A stretch of 64,000 nt of DNA, taken from assembly GCA_944381075.1 (NCBI GenBank), contig CALWJT010000005.1, positions 65,253 to 129,252 on the forward strand, in the 5' to 3' direction. Made by a program: the position numbers and the translations under genes. Origin of the DNA: an uncultured Clostridia bacterium (GTDB lineage: Bacteria > Bacillota > Clostridia > Oscillospirales > CAG-272). Shown piece after piece: positions 9,470 to 18,276 of this stretch; the first letter of the stretch is position 1, and each line of letters begins with the position of its first letter. A model generated the notes under the pieces. That model had not been told where the DNA came from. It worked only from the letters and a program-made list of their open reading frames with translations, and ran no database searches.

Positions 9470-10108
9470 ATGAAGAAATTTTTTGCACTGATTCTGGCAG
9501 GACTGATGATTTTTGCGCTTGCTTCCTGCGGCAATACGGAAAATAACGAGACGACTAAGGCTCCTGAGAAGACGGAGAGCACGACGGGTGCTACGGAAAC
9601 GACGGCCGATACGGAAAAGCCGGAGGACACGACGGCTCCCGAAAACACGACCAGCGGCACGCCGGAGGAGCCGGAAGAGCCCGCTTCTCTCGAAGAGCTC
9701 ATTGAAAAGATCTATGAAAACAATCCGGTGGAATTGATGCTGGGTACGTCACCAGTAGATCTTTCTAATGCAGATGCGCTGAAGGGCGCGACGGGAATTT
9801 CGACGAGCGCGGATAAGGTAGCGGAAGCTTACCTTTCGGAGGCGAAGATCGGCTCTCAGGCGTATTCGATGGCAGTCGTTCGCGTGAAGGATGCGGCGGA
9901 TGCGGAGACAGTCGCCAATGAAATGCTGAACGGCATCGACCAGAGCAAATGGATCTGTGTGACAGCCGACGAGCTGCGTGTCGCTGCCTGCGGCGATGTG
10001 ATTATGCTTATCATGTTCGATTCTGCATTTGAGATGGATATCGATGCCTTTGTCGACGCATTCGGCGAGGCTTGCGGCGCAGAGCCGGATCTTGTCTTAA
10101 AGAAATAA
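9470..10108 (+). CDS. Lipoprotein paralog 3
   Basis: Lipobox LASCG, a T/E/P-rich linker, and VRVKDAADAETVANEM..KWICV. Confidence 0.85.
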   Translation: MKKFFALILAGLMIFALASCGNTENNETTKAPEKTESTTGATETTADTEKPEDTTAPENTTSGTPEEPEEPASLEELIEKIYENNPVELMLGTSPVDLSNADALKGATGISTSADKVAEAYLSEAKIGSQAYSMAVVRVKDAADAETVANEMLNGIDQSKWICVTADELRVAACGDVIMLIMFDSAFEMDIDAFVDAFGEACGAEPDLVLKK

Positions 10109-10202
10109 GGCTCGGTTGTTGCAGAAGAGCGGGCAGTCGTCCTTTTTGACGGCGGGATGGCCCGACCGGATGACCGAACGGTCAAGAGAAATCAAACATC
10201 AT

Positions 10203-10234
10203 CACAGGGAGGCCGAATCAAGCGCCTCCCTGTG
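10203..10234 (+). terminator. 11-bp perfect hairpin without U-tract (terminator-like or regulatory)
   Basis: CACAGGGAGGC-10 nt-GCCTCCCTGTG, between lipoprotein 3 and the MBOAT gene. Confidence 0.35.
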
Positions 10235-10260
10235 AAATAAAATACACACGGGTAAAAAAC

Positions 10261-11661
10261 ATGTTATTTTCCAGTATACCGTTTCTTTACTATTTTCTGC
10301 CGTGCGTTCTGATTTTGTATTTTATTGCGCCGAGATGTCTGAAAAACTCTGTTCTGCTTTTGGCAAGCTTGTTTTTCTATGCGTGGGGCGAACCGAAATA
10401 CGTCGTTCTCATGGCGATATCCATTGTGCTTGGATATGTATTCGGGCTTTTGATCGAGGCTTGGCGCGGAACGAAACTTTCAAAATTCTTTTTGATTTTG
10501 TCGCTTGTGACAAGCCTTGGGATGCTCGGGTACTTTAAATACGCCGATTTCTTTATTTCCAACTTCAATGCGGTGACGGGACTGTCTGTGCCGCTTCTGA
10601 AGATCGCGCTTCCCATTGGCATCAGCTTCTATACATTCCAGATCTTGAGCTATACAGTCGACGTTTACCGCGGCGAGGTGAAGGCACAGAGAAACTTTAT
10701 CAGCCTTGCGACCTATGTCGCGCTGTTCCCGCAGCTCATCGCCGGTCCTATCGTAAGATATTCCGACGTTGCTGTTCAGCTTGAATCGAGGACCCACAGC
10801 ATATCCAATCTTGCGCTCGGTATGCGCCGGTTCATCTTTGGCCTTGGCAAGAAGATCCTGATTGCCAACGCGCTCGGTGAGCTCTGCGATATTTTCAAGG
10901 AATCGGGCGACAAGTCCGTGCTTTTCTTCTGGCTTTACGCGATTGCGTTTACGCTGCACATCTATTTCGACTTCTCGGGCTACAGCGATATGGCCATCGG
11001 CCTTGGCAAAATGTTCGGATTTGATTTTCTCGAAAACTTCGATTACCCTTACATTTCGGGAAGCATTACGGAATTTTGGCGCCGCTGGCATATGTCGCTT
11101 GGCTCGTGGTTCCGGGATTATGTGTATATTCCGCTCGGCGGAAACCGTGTATCCAAGGCCCGTTGGTTTCTCAATATTTTCATCGTCTGGTTACTGACGG
11201 GCTTCTGGCACGGCTCCGCGTGGAACTTCATTGTCTGGGGACTTTTCTTCGCTGTCCTGCTTGTCATTGAAAAGCTGTGGCTGCTGAAGCTTCTGAAAAA
11301 GTCCAAGGTTTGGAGCCATATCTATGTGCTGTTCTTTGTCGTTATCAGCTTTGTGATATTCAATGCGGCGGATATGAAGGAAGCGTTCCAGTATATCGGC
11401 GGCATGTTCGGCGCCGGCGGAATTCCGTTTATTTCGGATGAATGGTCCTATTATCTGCGCAGCTATGCTGTGGTGCTGATCGTTGCGATCATCGGAGCAA
11501 CGCCGCTTCTCAAAAAGCTGGTTCTTTCCATCAAGAAAAAACCTGCTGGCGAAAAGGTCATGAACGTTTTGGAGCCGGTTGTCATGGTCGTGCTCCTGCT
11601 CATGATGACCGCTTTCCTTGTGGACGGCTCGTTCAATCCGTTCCTCTACTTCAGATTCTAA
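10261..11661 (+). CDS. MBOAT family O-acyltransferase (AlgI/PatA/DltB-like)
   Basis: Polytopic, 466 aa. Signatures FWRRWHMSLGSWFRDYVYIPLGGNR and LLTGFWHG. Confidence 0.9.
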   Translation: MLFSSIPFLYYFLPCVLILYFIAPRCLKNSVLLLASLFFYAWGEPKYVVLMAISIVLGYVFGLLIEAWRGTKLSKFFLILSLVTSLGMLGYFKYADFFISNFNAVTGLSVPLLKIALPIGISFYTFQILSYTVDVYRGEVKAQRNFISLATYVALFPQLIAGPIVRYSDVAVQLESRTHSISNLALGMRRFIFGLGKKILIANALGELCDIFKESGDKSVLFFWLYAIAFTLHIYFDFSGYSDMAIGLGKMFGFDFLENFDYPYISGSITEFWRRWHMSLGSWFRDYVYIPLGGNRVSKARWFLNIFIVWLLTGFWHGSAWNFIVWGLFFAVLLVIEKLWLLKLLKKSKVWSHIYVLFFVVISFVIFNAADMKEAFQYIGGMFGAGGIPFISDEWSYYLRSYAVVLIVAIIGATPLLKKLVLSIKKKPAGEKVMNVLEPVVMVVLLLMMTAFLVDGSFNPFLYFRF

Positions 11662-11676
11662 GGAGGTGACCTTTCG

Positions 11677-12783
11677 ATGCCGACAAAAGTAAAAAATATT
11701 GTGTCCGTTTGTATCATGGCGGTTCTGCTGTTTGGACTTTCCTTTTACTGCTGGGCCAAACCGGCGGATGAATTTTCAGACAGCGAAAGACGTAAGCTCG
11801 ATCAATTCCCTGAGCTGACGTGGGATTCTATCCTGTCGGGGGATTTCATGAAGGACTTTGAGGATTATACGCTCGACCAATTCCCCATGCGCGACGATTT
11901 CCGTACGCTGAAGGCCTTTTCGAGATTCTATCTGTTCTGGCAAAAGGACAACAACGATATTTATATCGAAGACGGATATGCGTCGAAGATTGAGTATCCG
12001 ATGAGCGAAAGCTCCATGAATCATGCGGCAGAGCGTTTTCAGTATCTGTACGACAAATATATGGCGGATAAAGCGTGCAATGTATATTTTTCCATCGTTC
12101 CGGACAAGAGCTATTTCCTTGCCGAACAGAATGGCTACCTTTCCATGGATTATGACAAATTCTTTGAACTGATGCAGGAAAAAACCGATTTCATGGAATA
12201 TATCGACATCACGGGACTTCTTGACATCACGGATTATTATAAGACGGATACGCACTGGAGACAGGAGAAGATCATGGACGTCGCGCAGAAACTGGCAGAG
12301 AGCATGGGCGTCACGCTCTCCGGCAACTATACGCAGCAGACGCTTGACAATCCCTTCTATGGCGTGTACTACGGACAGTCCGCGCTTCCGCTTTCTCCGG
12401 AAACCATCTATTATATGACGAGCGATATTCTGGAGGACTGCAAGGTCTACAATTATGAGACGGGAAGTCCCGTGGAAATGTCCATCTATGATATGGAAAA
12501 GGCATACGGCAAGGATCCGTATGAGATGTTCCTTTCCGGTTCGCTTCCGCTTATCACAATCGAGAATCCGAACGCGACTACCGATAAGGAGCTTGTGATT
12601 TTCCGCGATTCCTTCGGGAGCAGCATTACGCCGCTTTTGGTCGAAGGCTACGCGAAGATCACGCTTGTCGATATACGCTATATCACAAGCGATCTTGTCG
12701 GCATGTTCGTCGATTTTGAAGATCAGGATGTCCTTTTCCTTTACAGCACGCTTGTACTCAACAGCAGTACGACGTTGAGATAA
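11677..12783 (+). CDS. DHHW/AlgX-AlgJ-like SGNH-type partner of the MBOAT
   Basis: N-terminal TM anchor, YYKTDTHWRQE (D-x-H-W motif), and adjacency to the MBOAT gene. Confidence 0.75.
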   Translation: MPTKVKNIVSVCIMAVLLFGLSFYCWAKPADEFSDSERRKLDQFPELTWDSILSGDFMKDFEDYTLDQFPMRDDFRTLKAFSRFYLFWQKDNNDIYIEDGYASKIEYPMSESSMNHAAERFQYLYDKYMADKACNVYFSIVPDKSYFLAEQNGYLSMDYDKFFELMQEKTDFMEYIDITGLLDITDYYKTDTHWRQEKIMDVAQKLAESMGVTLSGNYTQQTLDNPFYGVYYGQSALPLSPETIYYMTSDILEDCKVYNYETGSPVEMSIYDMEKAYGKDPYEMFLSGSLPLITIENPNATTDKELVIFRDSFGSSITPLLVEGYAKITLVDIRYITSDLVGMFVDFEDQDVLFLYSTLVLNSSTTLR

Positions 12784-12790
12784 AAAAGAA

Positions 12791-12820
12791 AAAAGCCGGC
12801 GGGTACGCCGGCTTTTTTCT
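12791..12820 (+). terminator. Rho-independent terminator
   Basis: AAAAGCCGGCG-ggta-CGCCGGCTTTT followed by a T-run. Confidence 0.9.
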
Positions 12821-12985
12821 TTGAGCGGCAAGCGTGTCTCCGATCCAAAGAAAGAAGCGGGAGGGCAGAGACCATTGTCCGGAACCATAACGCTAAAGCA
12901 ATCGGTTTTAGAAAGCTGCTGTGGATTGTGGCCTCAACCCGGCCGTTATCCGCGGTAAAATCAAAGAAATCCTCAGAAAATAGCT

Positions 12986-13432
12986 TTGGCGCGCTGTGAA
13001 TTTGTAGGACACAGCACCGCTCTTGCGCTGTGTGAAAAGGAAACGGTGGATGCCGTTTGGGGGATCGACAAGCGGTGTGATTTGCTGAGGCAAAACAAAG
13101 CGCTCTTCTACGAGCCGGGGATAAATGAAAAGCTGGAGGAGCATCGGGATCATAAGTCCTTTGTGGCAGGGTCCTATGAGGAAATCCGGCATCATGCCAT
13201 CGATGTCGTGTTTTTCTGCGTCGGGACCCCGCAGGCCCCGTCGGGTGCCTGCGATTATTCGGTCCTTGAGGACGCGGTCCGTGAATGCGTCGCGAGGCTC
13301 GGCAGGCAGATGTACCGCACCTATCAGGAGGACCGCGACGCAAAAAGAGCCGCTGCGATCCGCCGCGATAGGGAAACCATCCGGATGCTTGAGATTCCGG
13401 TTCTGGAGGCGATGCTGCACTGCCTGAAATAG
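12986..13432 (+). pseudogene. N-terminal stub of a UDP-glucose/GDP-mannose dehydrogenase family gene
   Basis: FYEPGINEKLEE...AIDVVFFCVGTPQAPSGACDYSVLEDAV matches the N-terminal NAD domain. The Rossmann GxGxxG start is missing and the ORF ends after about 145 aa, versus roughly 400 expected. Confidence 0.6.
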
Positions 13433-13448
13433 AAGGGGAGCGTGCCGA

Positions 13449-13972
13449 ATGAAAATATCCGTCGTTTTGTATTGTGATCCGGATACGGAAAATCGGATCC
13501 GAGAGCTTCAGCTCCAAATCGAGGCCGGCCGGCGGCACCATGGGCTGTCCCTGCTGGAATTGCGTCCTCACATCACGGTCGGCGCCTTTGATGTTCCGGA
13601 GGGGGCAAAGGCGGTCTCTCAAATCGACCGGGCGGCTTGTTCGTTTTCGCCGGGAGCGCTTCGTCTATCGGCGGTCGGTATTTTCTCGACGAGGGCGCTG
13701 TTTTTGGCTCTGACGCCGAATGCCTACCTGCTCCGGATGTGCGATGCAATTCATGCCTGTCTTTCTCCGGTGGGGACGTCCGGGAAGGCGGGCGCTATTC
13801 TCCTGGCGGCTGGATGCCGCATGTGACGCTTGCCATGAATCTGAACAGGCGGGAGCAGATGGAGGCGTTTGAGCAGGCGGCCTCGCGGTTTGCTCCGTGG
13901 ACCGGAACGGCGGCGTCGATTGCGGTTGTGAGTTATGAGCCGCTTCGGGAACAAGGGTGGTGGAGCCTGTAG
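13449..13972 (+). pseudogene. 2H phosphoesterase (LigT/2'-5' RNA ligase-like), frameshifted
   Basis: The first H-x-T motif (PHITVGAF) is in frame 13449. The second (PHVTLAMN) is in the -1 frame ending at 13972. The switch is near the GGGG run at 13772-13775. Confidence 0.65.
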
Positions 13973-14008
13973 ATTTGCCTTTGCCAAAGAGAACGACCGC
14001 AGAGCATA

Positions 14009-14052
14009 CAAAAGCGGCAGCCGCCGATTCCGGAACGGCTGCTGCTTTTGTA
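14009..14052 (+). terminator. Rho-independent terminator
   Basis: CAAAAGCgGCAGCCG...CGGCTGCtGCTTTTG followed by a T-run. Confidence 0.7.
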
Positions 14053-14074
14053 TCCGGTACGGAAAAAGCGAATA

Positions 14075-14102
14075 TTGACAAAAAAAACACAGCTGATAAA
14101 AT
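14075..14102 (+). promoter_or_regulatory. SigA-type promoter TTGACA-16-TAAAAT with TGa extension
   Basis: Read directly, about 60 nt upstream of the ATG at 14166. Confidence 0.6.
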
Positions 14103-14165
14103 AAAAGAGTATCCAATGTGTTTGCAGTGGCAATACAAAATGGGCGAAGGGGGAACAAGGCGAAG

Positions 14166-14792
14166 ATGAAAAGGTGTCCATGGTGCGGAAAGCCCGTCAA
14201 TTATCGGAAGGAAGGCCGGCGCGTCAGGCAGAAAAAGACGCCGCAATATTTTAAGTTTGCGAGATGCAGCCATTGTGACCATTATTACGGCCAGCATGTA
14301 TATTCCTCGAAAATCGGGCGGGGCCTGTTTTTCTCCTCTCTTCCGGTCATCATTCTCGGCTTTGCGCTTCAGTGGTATCTGCTTGTAGTCGTCTATATGT
14401 TTGTATTGGTAGCGATAGGGATAGCGGGCGTCTTTTTCCTGCCGTATCGGCGGATGGATGAAAATGAGGATCTTGACGAGACAGAGGAAGGCCCGTCTTT
14501 TCGGGCGGCGTGGTCGGAGGAGCAGAAGAAAATCAAGCGGCATAAGCTGTATTTTCTGACGGATAAATTCGATGAATATCCGGCGTTTGCGGCTGTGTCT
14601 CCGATCTGCTTCGATACCGTCGACAGAAAAAACGGGAGCGGCGCCGGACATTTTCTCTATGCGCATCCTGAAAACGTCAAATATCGGGAGCGGACCTTTG
14701 CGGACCTCTATGATTCCGATATGCGGCGTGTGGGGAGCATTCGATGGCTCGATAGGGAAGCGCCGCGTCCCGAAGCGTCCGAAAACCGGTGA
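14166..14792 (+). CDS. Zn-ribbon membrane protein, function unknown
   Basis: CPWCG...CSHCD followed by two TM helices. ATG at 14166. The track start at 14118 is less likely. Confidence 0.6.
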   Translation: MKRCPWCGKPVNYRKEGRRVRQKKTPQYFKFARCSHCDHYYGQHVYSSKIGRGLFFSSLPVIILGFALQWYLLVVVYMFVLVAIGIAGVFFLPYRRMDENEDLDETEEGPSFRAAWSEEQKKIKRHKLYFLTDKFDEYPAFAAVSPICFDTVDRKNGSGAGHFLYAHPENVKYRERTFADLYDSDMRRVGSIRWLDREAPRPEASENR

Positions 14793-14920
14793 TATCGCAG
14801 TCCCGGCGGCTCTCGGACGCTTTCCCGATACCCCCATTCGGCGGGATGGATGCGGGAACAAAGACAAAAAGAAGAGGCTCCAAGGAGGGGCTTCCTTTTT
14901 TTGCCGTTTCCCTTTGGGAT

Positions 14921-14949
14921 TTGACAAATGCGGGAGCTTATGATAAAAT
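14921..14949 (+). promoter_or_regulatory. SigA-type promoter TTGACA-17-TAAAAT (TGATAAAATG)
   Basis: Read directly upstream of the gene at 14995. Confidence 0.65.
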
Positions 14950-14994
14950 GACAGGAAACAAAAGCCTCGTGCGGGGGAGGATGGGAGCGGAACG

Positions 14995-15783
14995 ATGAAT
15001 CTATTCTTGACGCTTGCGTTTTTATTCTTTATCGGCTCGGTGACGGGATGGGTCATAGAGCTTTTGTTCCGGCGGTTTTTTTCTTCTTCCAATCCGGAAC
15101 GCAGGTGGATCAATCCCGGCTTCTGCACAGGACCGTATCTGCCCTTGTACGGCTGCGGGCTTTGTCTGTTGTACCTGATTGCGCGCTTGGAGGAATTTTC
15201 CCTGATCCGGGATCCGGTTTGGAACCGGATCGCACTTTTTGCCGTGATGGCGCTTTGCATGACCGTGATCGAATATATTGCCGGTATCGCGAGCCTGAAG
15301 ATCGCCAAGGTCCGACTGTGGGACTATACCAAGGAATGGGGCAATATCCAGGGTATTATCTGTCCTAAATTTTCGCTCGTATGGGCGGGGCTCGGCGCGC
15401 TTTATTATTTTTTCGTACACCCGCATATTCTCGACGCGCTCGACTGGCTTTCCCAAAATCTGGCTTTTTCCTTCGTCGTCGGCTTGTTCTTTGGTTTTTT
15501 TATCGTAGACGTCGTACATTCCTCGCAGATTGTCGTAAAGCTGAAGCGGTATGCCGAGGAAAACCGCGTCGTCGTTCGCTATGAAGCCGTCAAAGCGGAT
15601 ATCCGGCGAAGATATGACAAAACCAAAGCGCGATATCCTTTTTTTCGGCCGTTCCGTTCGGATAAGCCGCTCGCCGAGCATTTGAAGGACAGAAAAAGCG
15701 TTGCGGAAGAGATCAAAAAAGAAAATACGGAAGTAAAGGTTTCGACAGGGCTTGACAAAGGCGAGGGCCGTATGATAAAATAA
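14995..15783 (+). CDS. Polytopic membrane protein (CmpB/DUF1113-like 'putative ABC transporter type IV')
   Basis: FFIGSVTGWVIELLFRRF...NPGFCTGPYLPLYG N-terminus, typical of that family as I remember it. Confidence 0.6.
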   Translation: MNLFLTLAFLFFIGSVTGWVIELLFRRFFSSSNPERRWINPGFCTGPYLPLYGCGLCLLYLIARLEEFSLIRDPVWNRIALFAVMALCMTVIEYIAGIASLKIAKVRLWDYTKEWGNIQGIICPKFSLVWAGLGALYYFFVHPHILDALDWLSQNLAFSFVVGLFFGFFIVDVVHSSQIVVKLKRYAEENRVVVRYEAVKADIRRRYDKTKARYPFFRPFRSDKPLAEHLKDRKSVAEEIKKENTEVKVSTGLDKGEGRMIK

Positions 15784-15852
15784 ATCAGGCGAATTGCTTG
15801 CGGCAATTCGGATTCTTCTGCCCGCTTCTGCGGGCGGAAGAATCCCTCACGG

Positions 15853-15885
15853 GGTACCCCCTCACGGGGGTACCTTTTCTTTTTG
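15853..15885 (+). terminator. Rho-independent terminator (second of two tandem hairpins)
   Basis: GGTACCCCC-tcac-GGGGGTACC followed by TTTTCTTTTT. It is preceded by the hairpin at 15810-15846. Confidence 0.85.
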
Positions 15886-15902
15886 CCATTTTGATTTTCC
15901 AT

Positions 15903-15931
15903 TTGACAAGCACCGGCTTCTATGATAAAAT
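15903..15931 (+). promoter_or_regulatory. SigA-type promoter TTGACA-17-TAAAAT (TGATAAAATG)
   Basis: Same architecture as the 14921 promoter. Confidence 0.65.
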
Positions 15932-15979
15932 GGCAGAGAAAAATGCGGATTTTTCATCATAAAAATCAAGGAGGCAATC

Positions 15980-16756
15980 ATGGGAGAAATTCTGACGGTA
16001 CGGGACCTGACCAAGACGTTCCGGCTGTCTGCAAGGCAGCAGAGGCGGGAGGGGTCCCGCGAAAAGTACAAAACTGCCGTCGACCGCCTGTCCTTTTCCG
16101 TGCGGGAAGGGGAGATTTTCGGGCTGCTCGGTCCGAACGGAGCGGGCAAGACGACGACGCTGCGGATGCTGGCGACGCTGATTCGTCCGGATTCGGGAAC
16201 CGCGCTGGTATTGGGTCATGACATCGTTCGGGAACCGGATGCCGTTCGCAGGAGTATCGGTTTTTTGACGGGGGAGCTGAAGCTCGAGGACTATTTTACG
16301 CCGAATTATCTGTATGATTTCTTCTCGGAGCTGCACGGCGTGCCCGGCGAGGTCCGCGGTGCGCGCAAAAAAATGCTTTTTGAACGGTTCGGGATCGATG
16401 AATTTGCCGATGTCAAGGTAGGAAACCTTTCGACCGGCATGAAGCAGAAGGCGTCTATTGTCATTTCGATCGTACACGATCCCTCGATCATTATTTTCGA
16501 CGAGCCGACGAACGGACTCGATGTGCTGACGGCGAAGGTCGTGACGGACTATCTGATTTCCCTGCGGAGGCAGGGAAAGACCGTGATTCTCTCGACGCAC
16601 ATTTTCAGTCTTGTCGAAAAGGTGTGCGACAGAGCGGGCGTCGTCATCGACGGAACGATGGCGGCGTGCGGCACGCTGCCGGAGCTTTGCAGGGGAAAAT
16701 CCCTGGAGGATGCTTTCTTTGATCTCTATACGGAAAGGACGGGCGTGCGCGTATGA
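15980..16756 (+). CDS. ABC transporter ATP-binding protein (NatA-like)
   Basis: Walker A GPNGAGKTT, signature LSTGMKQK, Walker B IIIFDEPTNGLD. Confidence 0.9.
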   Translation: MGEILTVRDLTKTFRLSARQQRREGSREKYKTAVDRLSFSVREGEIFGLLGPNGAGKTTTLRMLATLIRPDSGTALVLGHDIVREPDAVRRSIGFLTGELKLEDYFTPNYLYDFFSELHGVPGEVRGARKKMLFERFGIDEFADVKVGNLSTGMKQKASIVISIVHDPSIIIFDEPTNGLDVLTAKVVTDYLISLRRQGKTVILSTHIFSLVEKVCDRAGVVIDGTMAACGTLPELCRGKSLEDAFFDLYTERTGVRV

Positions 16757-17922
16757 AAAACGGGATCTGGACCATCATGAAAAAGGAGCTTACCCGTTTT
16801 TTCACGGACCGGCGCCTGATTTTTACGACCATACTGATGCCTGGGGTTCTGATCTATCTCTTGTATTCGCTGATGGGCTCGGCGATTGCCGGCATGTATA
16901 CACCGGAGGCGGGCGTATCCGAGGCGCTCGTCGCGAATCTGCCGGCATCGATTGCCGGCAGGGGAGGGGAGCATTCACTTTCCTTTGTCGAGATCGAGGG
17001 GGCGGATGCCAAGCAGTATAAACAGGAGGTCGCGGAGGGCGGCAGAACTTTGCTTGTCGTTTTTCCCGAGGATTTTGACGAGCGGGTGGCGGATTACACA
17101 GCGGGCAGCGGCTCCGCGCCCAACGTGGAGATTTATTATAATTCGTCAAACTCAGGCTCCGCGCAGGCGTATCAGAATATGGTAAATCTGCTTTCCGCCT
17201 ATGAAAATTCGATCGCCAACAAATTTGACGTCAATGCGGGAGGCGGGACCTATGACCTTGCGTCGGCAAGGGATACCTCGGCGACCTTTTTTGCCACGCT
17301 TTTGCCGATGCTGCTCATGATCTTCCTCTTTTCCGGCTGTATGGCGGTAGCGCCCGAATCCATCGCGGGGGAAAAGGAACGCGGGACCATCACGACCATC
17401 CTTGTGACGCCGATCCGGCGCCATGACCTCGCGATCGGCAAGATCGCGGCCCTTTCCATCGTTGCACTGCTTTCGGGCGTATCGAGCGGACTCGGCACCA
17501 TTCTTTCGTTCCCGAAGCTGATGGGCGGGGCGGACCTCGTCGATGCGGGCGTATACGGTCCCAGAGAATATTCGCTCCTGCTGCTGTTGATTTTATCGAC
17601 GGTCCTGCTGATCGTCACCGCTATTTCCATCATTTCCGCATTTGCAAAGACGGTCAAGGAGGCGCAGACCTATGTCTCACCTTTGATGGTGCTGGTCGTT
17701 GCCATCGGGATCACGGCAATGTTCGGCGCCGCGGCGGAAAGCCCCGTGCTGTATCTGATCCCATTCTACAACAGTGTTCAGTGCATGGCAGCGATCTTCT
17801 CGTTTGAGGTGGTGCCGGTCAACTTCATTATTGGGATTGCCGCCAATGTCGTTTATACGGGACTCGGCGTGCTGGCGCTTTCCAAAATGTTCCAAAGCGA
17901 AAGGATCCTTTTTTCGCGGTAA
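16753..17922 (+). CDS. ABC-2 type permease (NatB-like)
   Basis: ATGA overlap with the ATPase gene. An N-terminal TM helix, a large extracytoplasmic loop, then 5 TM helices. Confidence 0.8.
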   Translation: MKNGIWTIMKKELTRFFTDRRLIFTTILMPGVLIYLLYSLMGSAIAGMYTPEAGVSEALVANLPASIAGRGGEHSLSFVEIEGADAKQYKQEVAEGGRTLLVVFPEDFDERVADYTAGSGSAPNVEIYYNSSNSGSAQAYQNMVNLLSAYENSIANKFDVNAGGGTYDLASARDTSATFFATLLPMLLMIFLFSGCMAVAPESIAGEKERGTITTILVTPIRRHDLAIGKIAALSIVALLSGVSSGLGTILSFPKLMGGADLVDAGVYGPREYSLLLLLILSTVLLIVTAISIISAFAKTVKEAQTYVSPLMVLVVAIGITAMFGAAAESPVLYLIPFYNSVQCMAAIFSFEVVPVNFIIGIAANVVYTGLGVLALSKMFQSERILFSR

Positions 17923-18226
17923 GAAAATAGGATGAAAGAAAGGAGGCGTCAGGGCGGCAGCGCCGTCCTGACGCCCTCAAATCGTCCTGCGGACGGGTCC
18001 GCTGTGAACCGCAGGCGTCTCTGGCGTCCCCGCATGCGGGGGACGGACATGGGCCTCCCTGCTTTTGCGCTTTCTGCGGGGACGCCGGGCCGCTTTCTGC
18101 TCGCAGGGAGAAAGTCCGCGGCGACGGCACTTTTTCCCGAAAGATGACTGCGGTTTTTGAGATTTTTGCCAATCCAAGAAACCGATACGGCTTTTTCTGG
18201 AGAAAGACCTGTTTCTATGGAAAATA

Positions 18227-18264
18227 AAGGGTGCCTCCCTTTTTAAAAGGGAGGCACCCTTTCT
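18227..18264 (-). terminator. Terminator of the rhamnosidase gene (palindromic, could act bidirectionally)
   Basis: GGGTGCCTCCCTTTT/AAAAGGGAGGCACCC, with a T-rich tract on the minus strand. Confidence 0.8.
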
Positions 18265-18276
18265 CATGGCACGGTC

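Larger units (their letters stand above)
8128..10108 (+). repeat. Tandem triplication of a lipoprotein gene cassette
   Basis: Three paralogs align end to end. Copies 2 and 3 share a near-identical first ~65 codons that differ mostly at synonymous sites. Confidence 0.8.

Noticed and set aside
17923-18226. 300-bp convergent intergenic region with several GC hairpins (17944-17975, 17985-18014, 18027-18046) and a 71-aa ORF (17932-18147).
   Set aside because: The ORF translation is Arg/Gly/Pro-rich junk without a convincing RBS. The hairpins look like generic GC-rich palindromes or terminator debris. I saw no repeated unit that would suggest CRISPR or a REP family.
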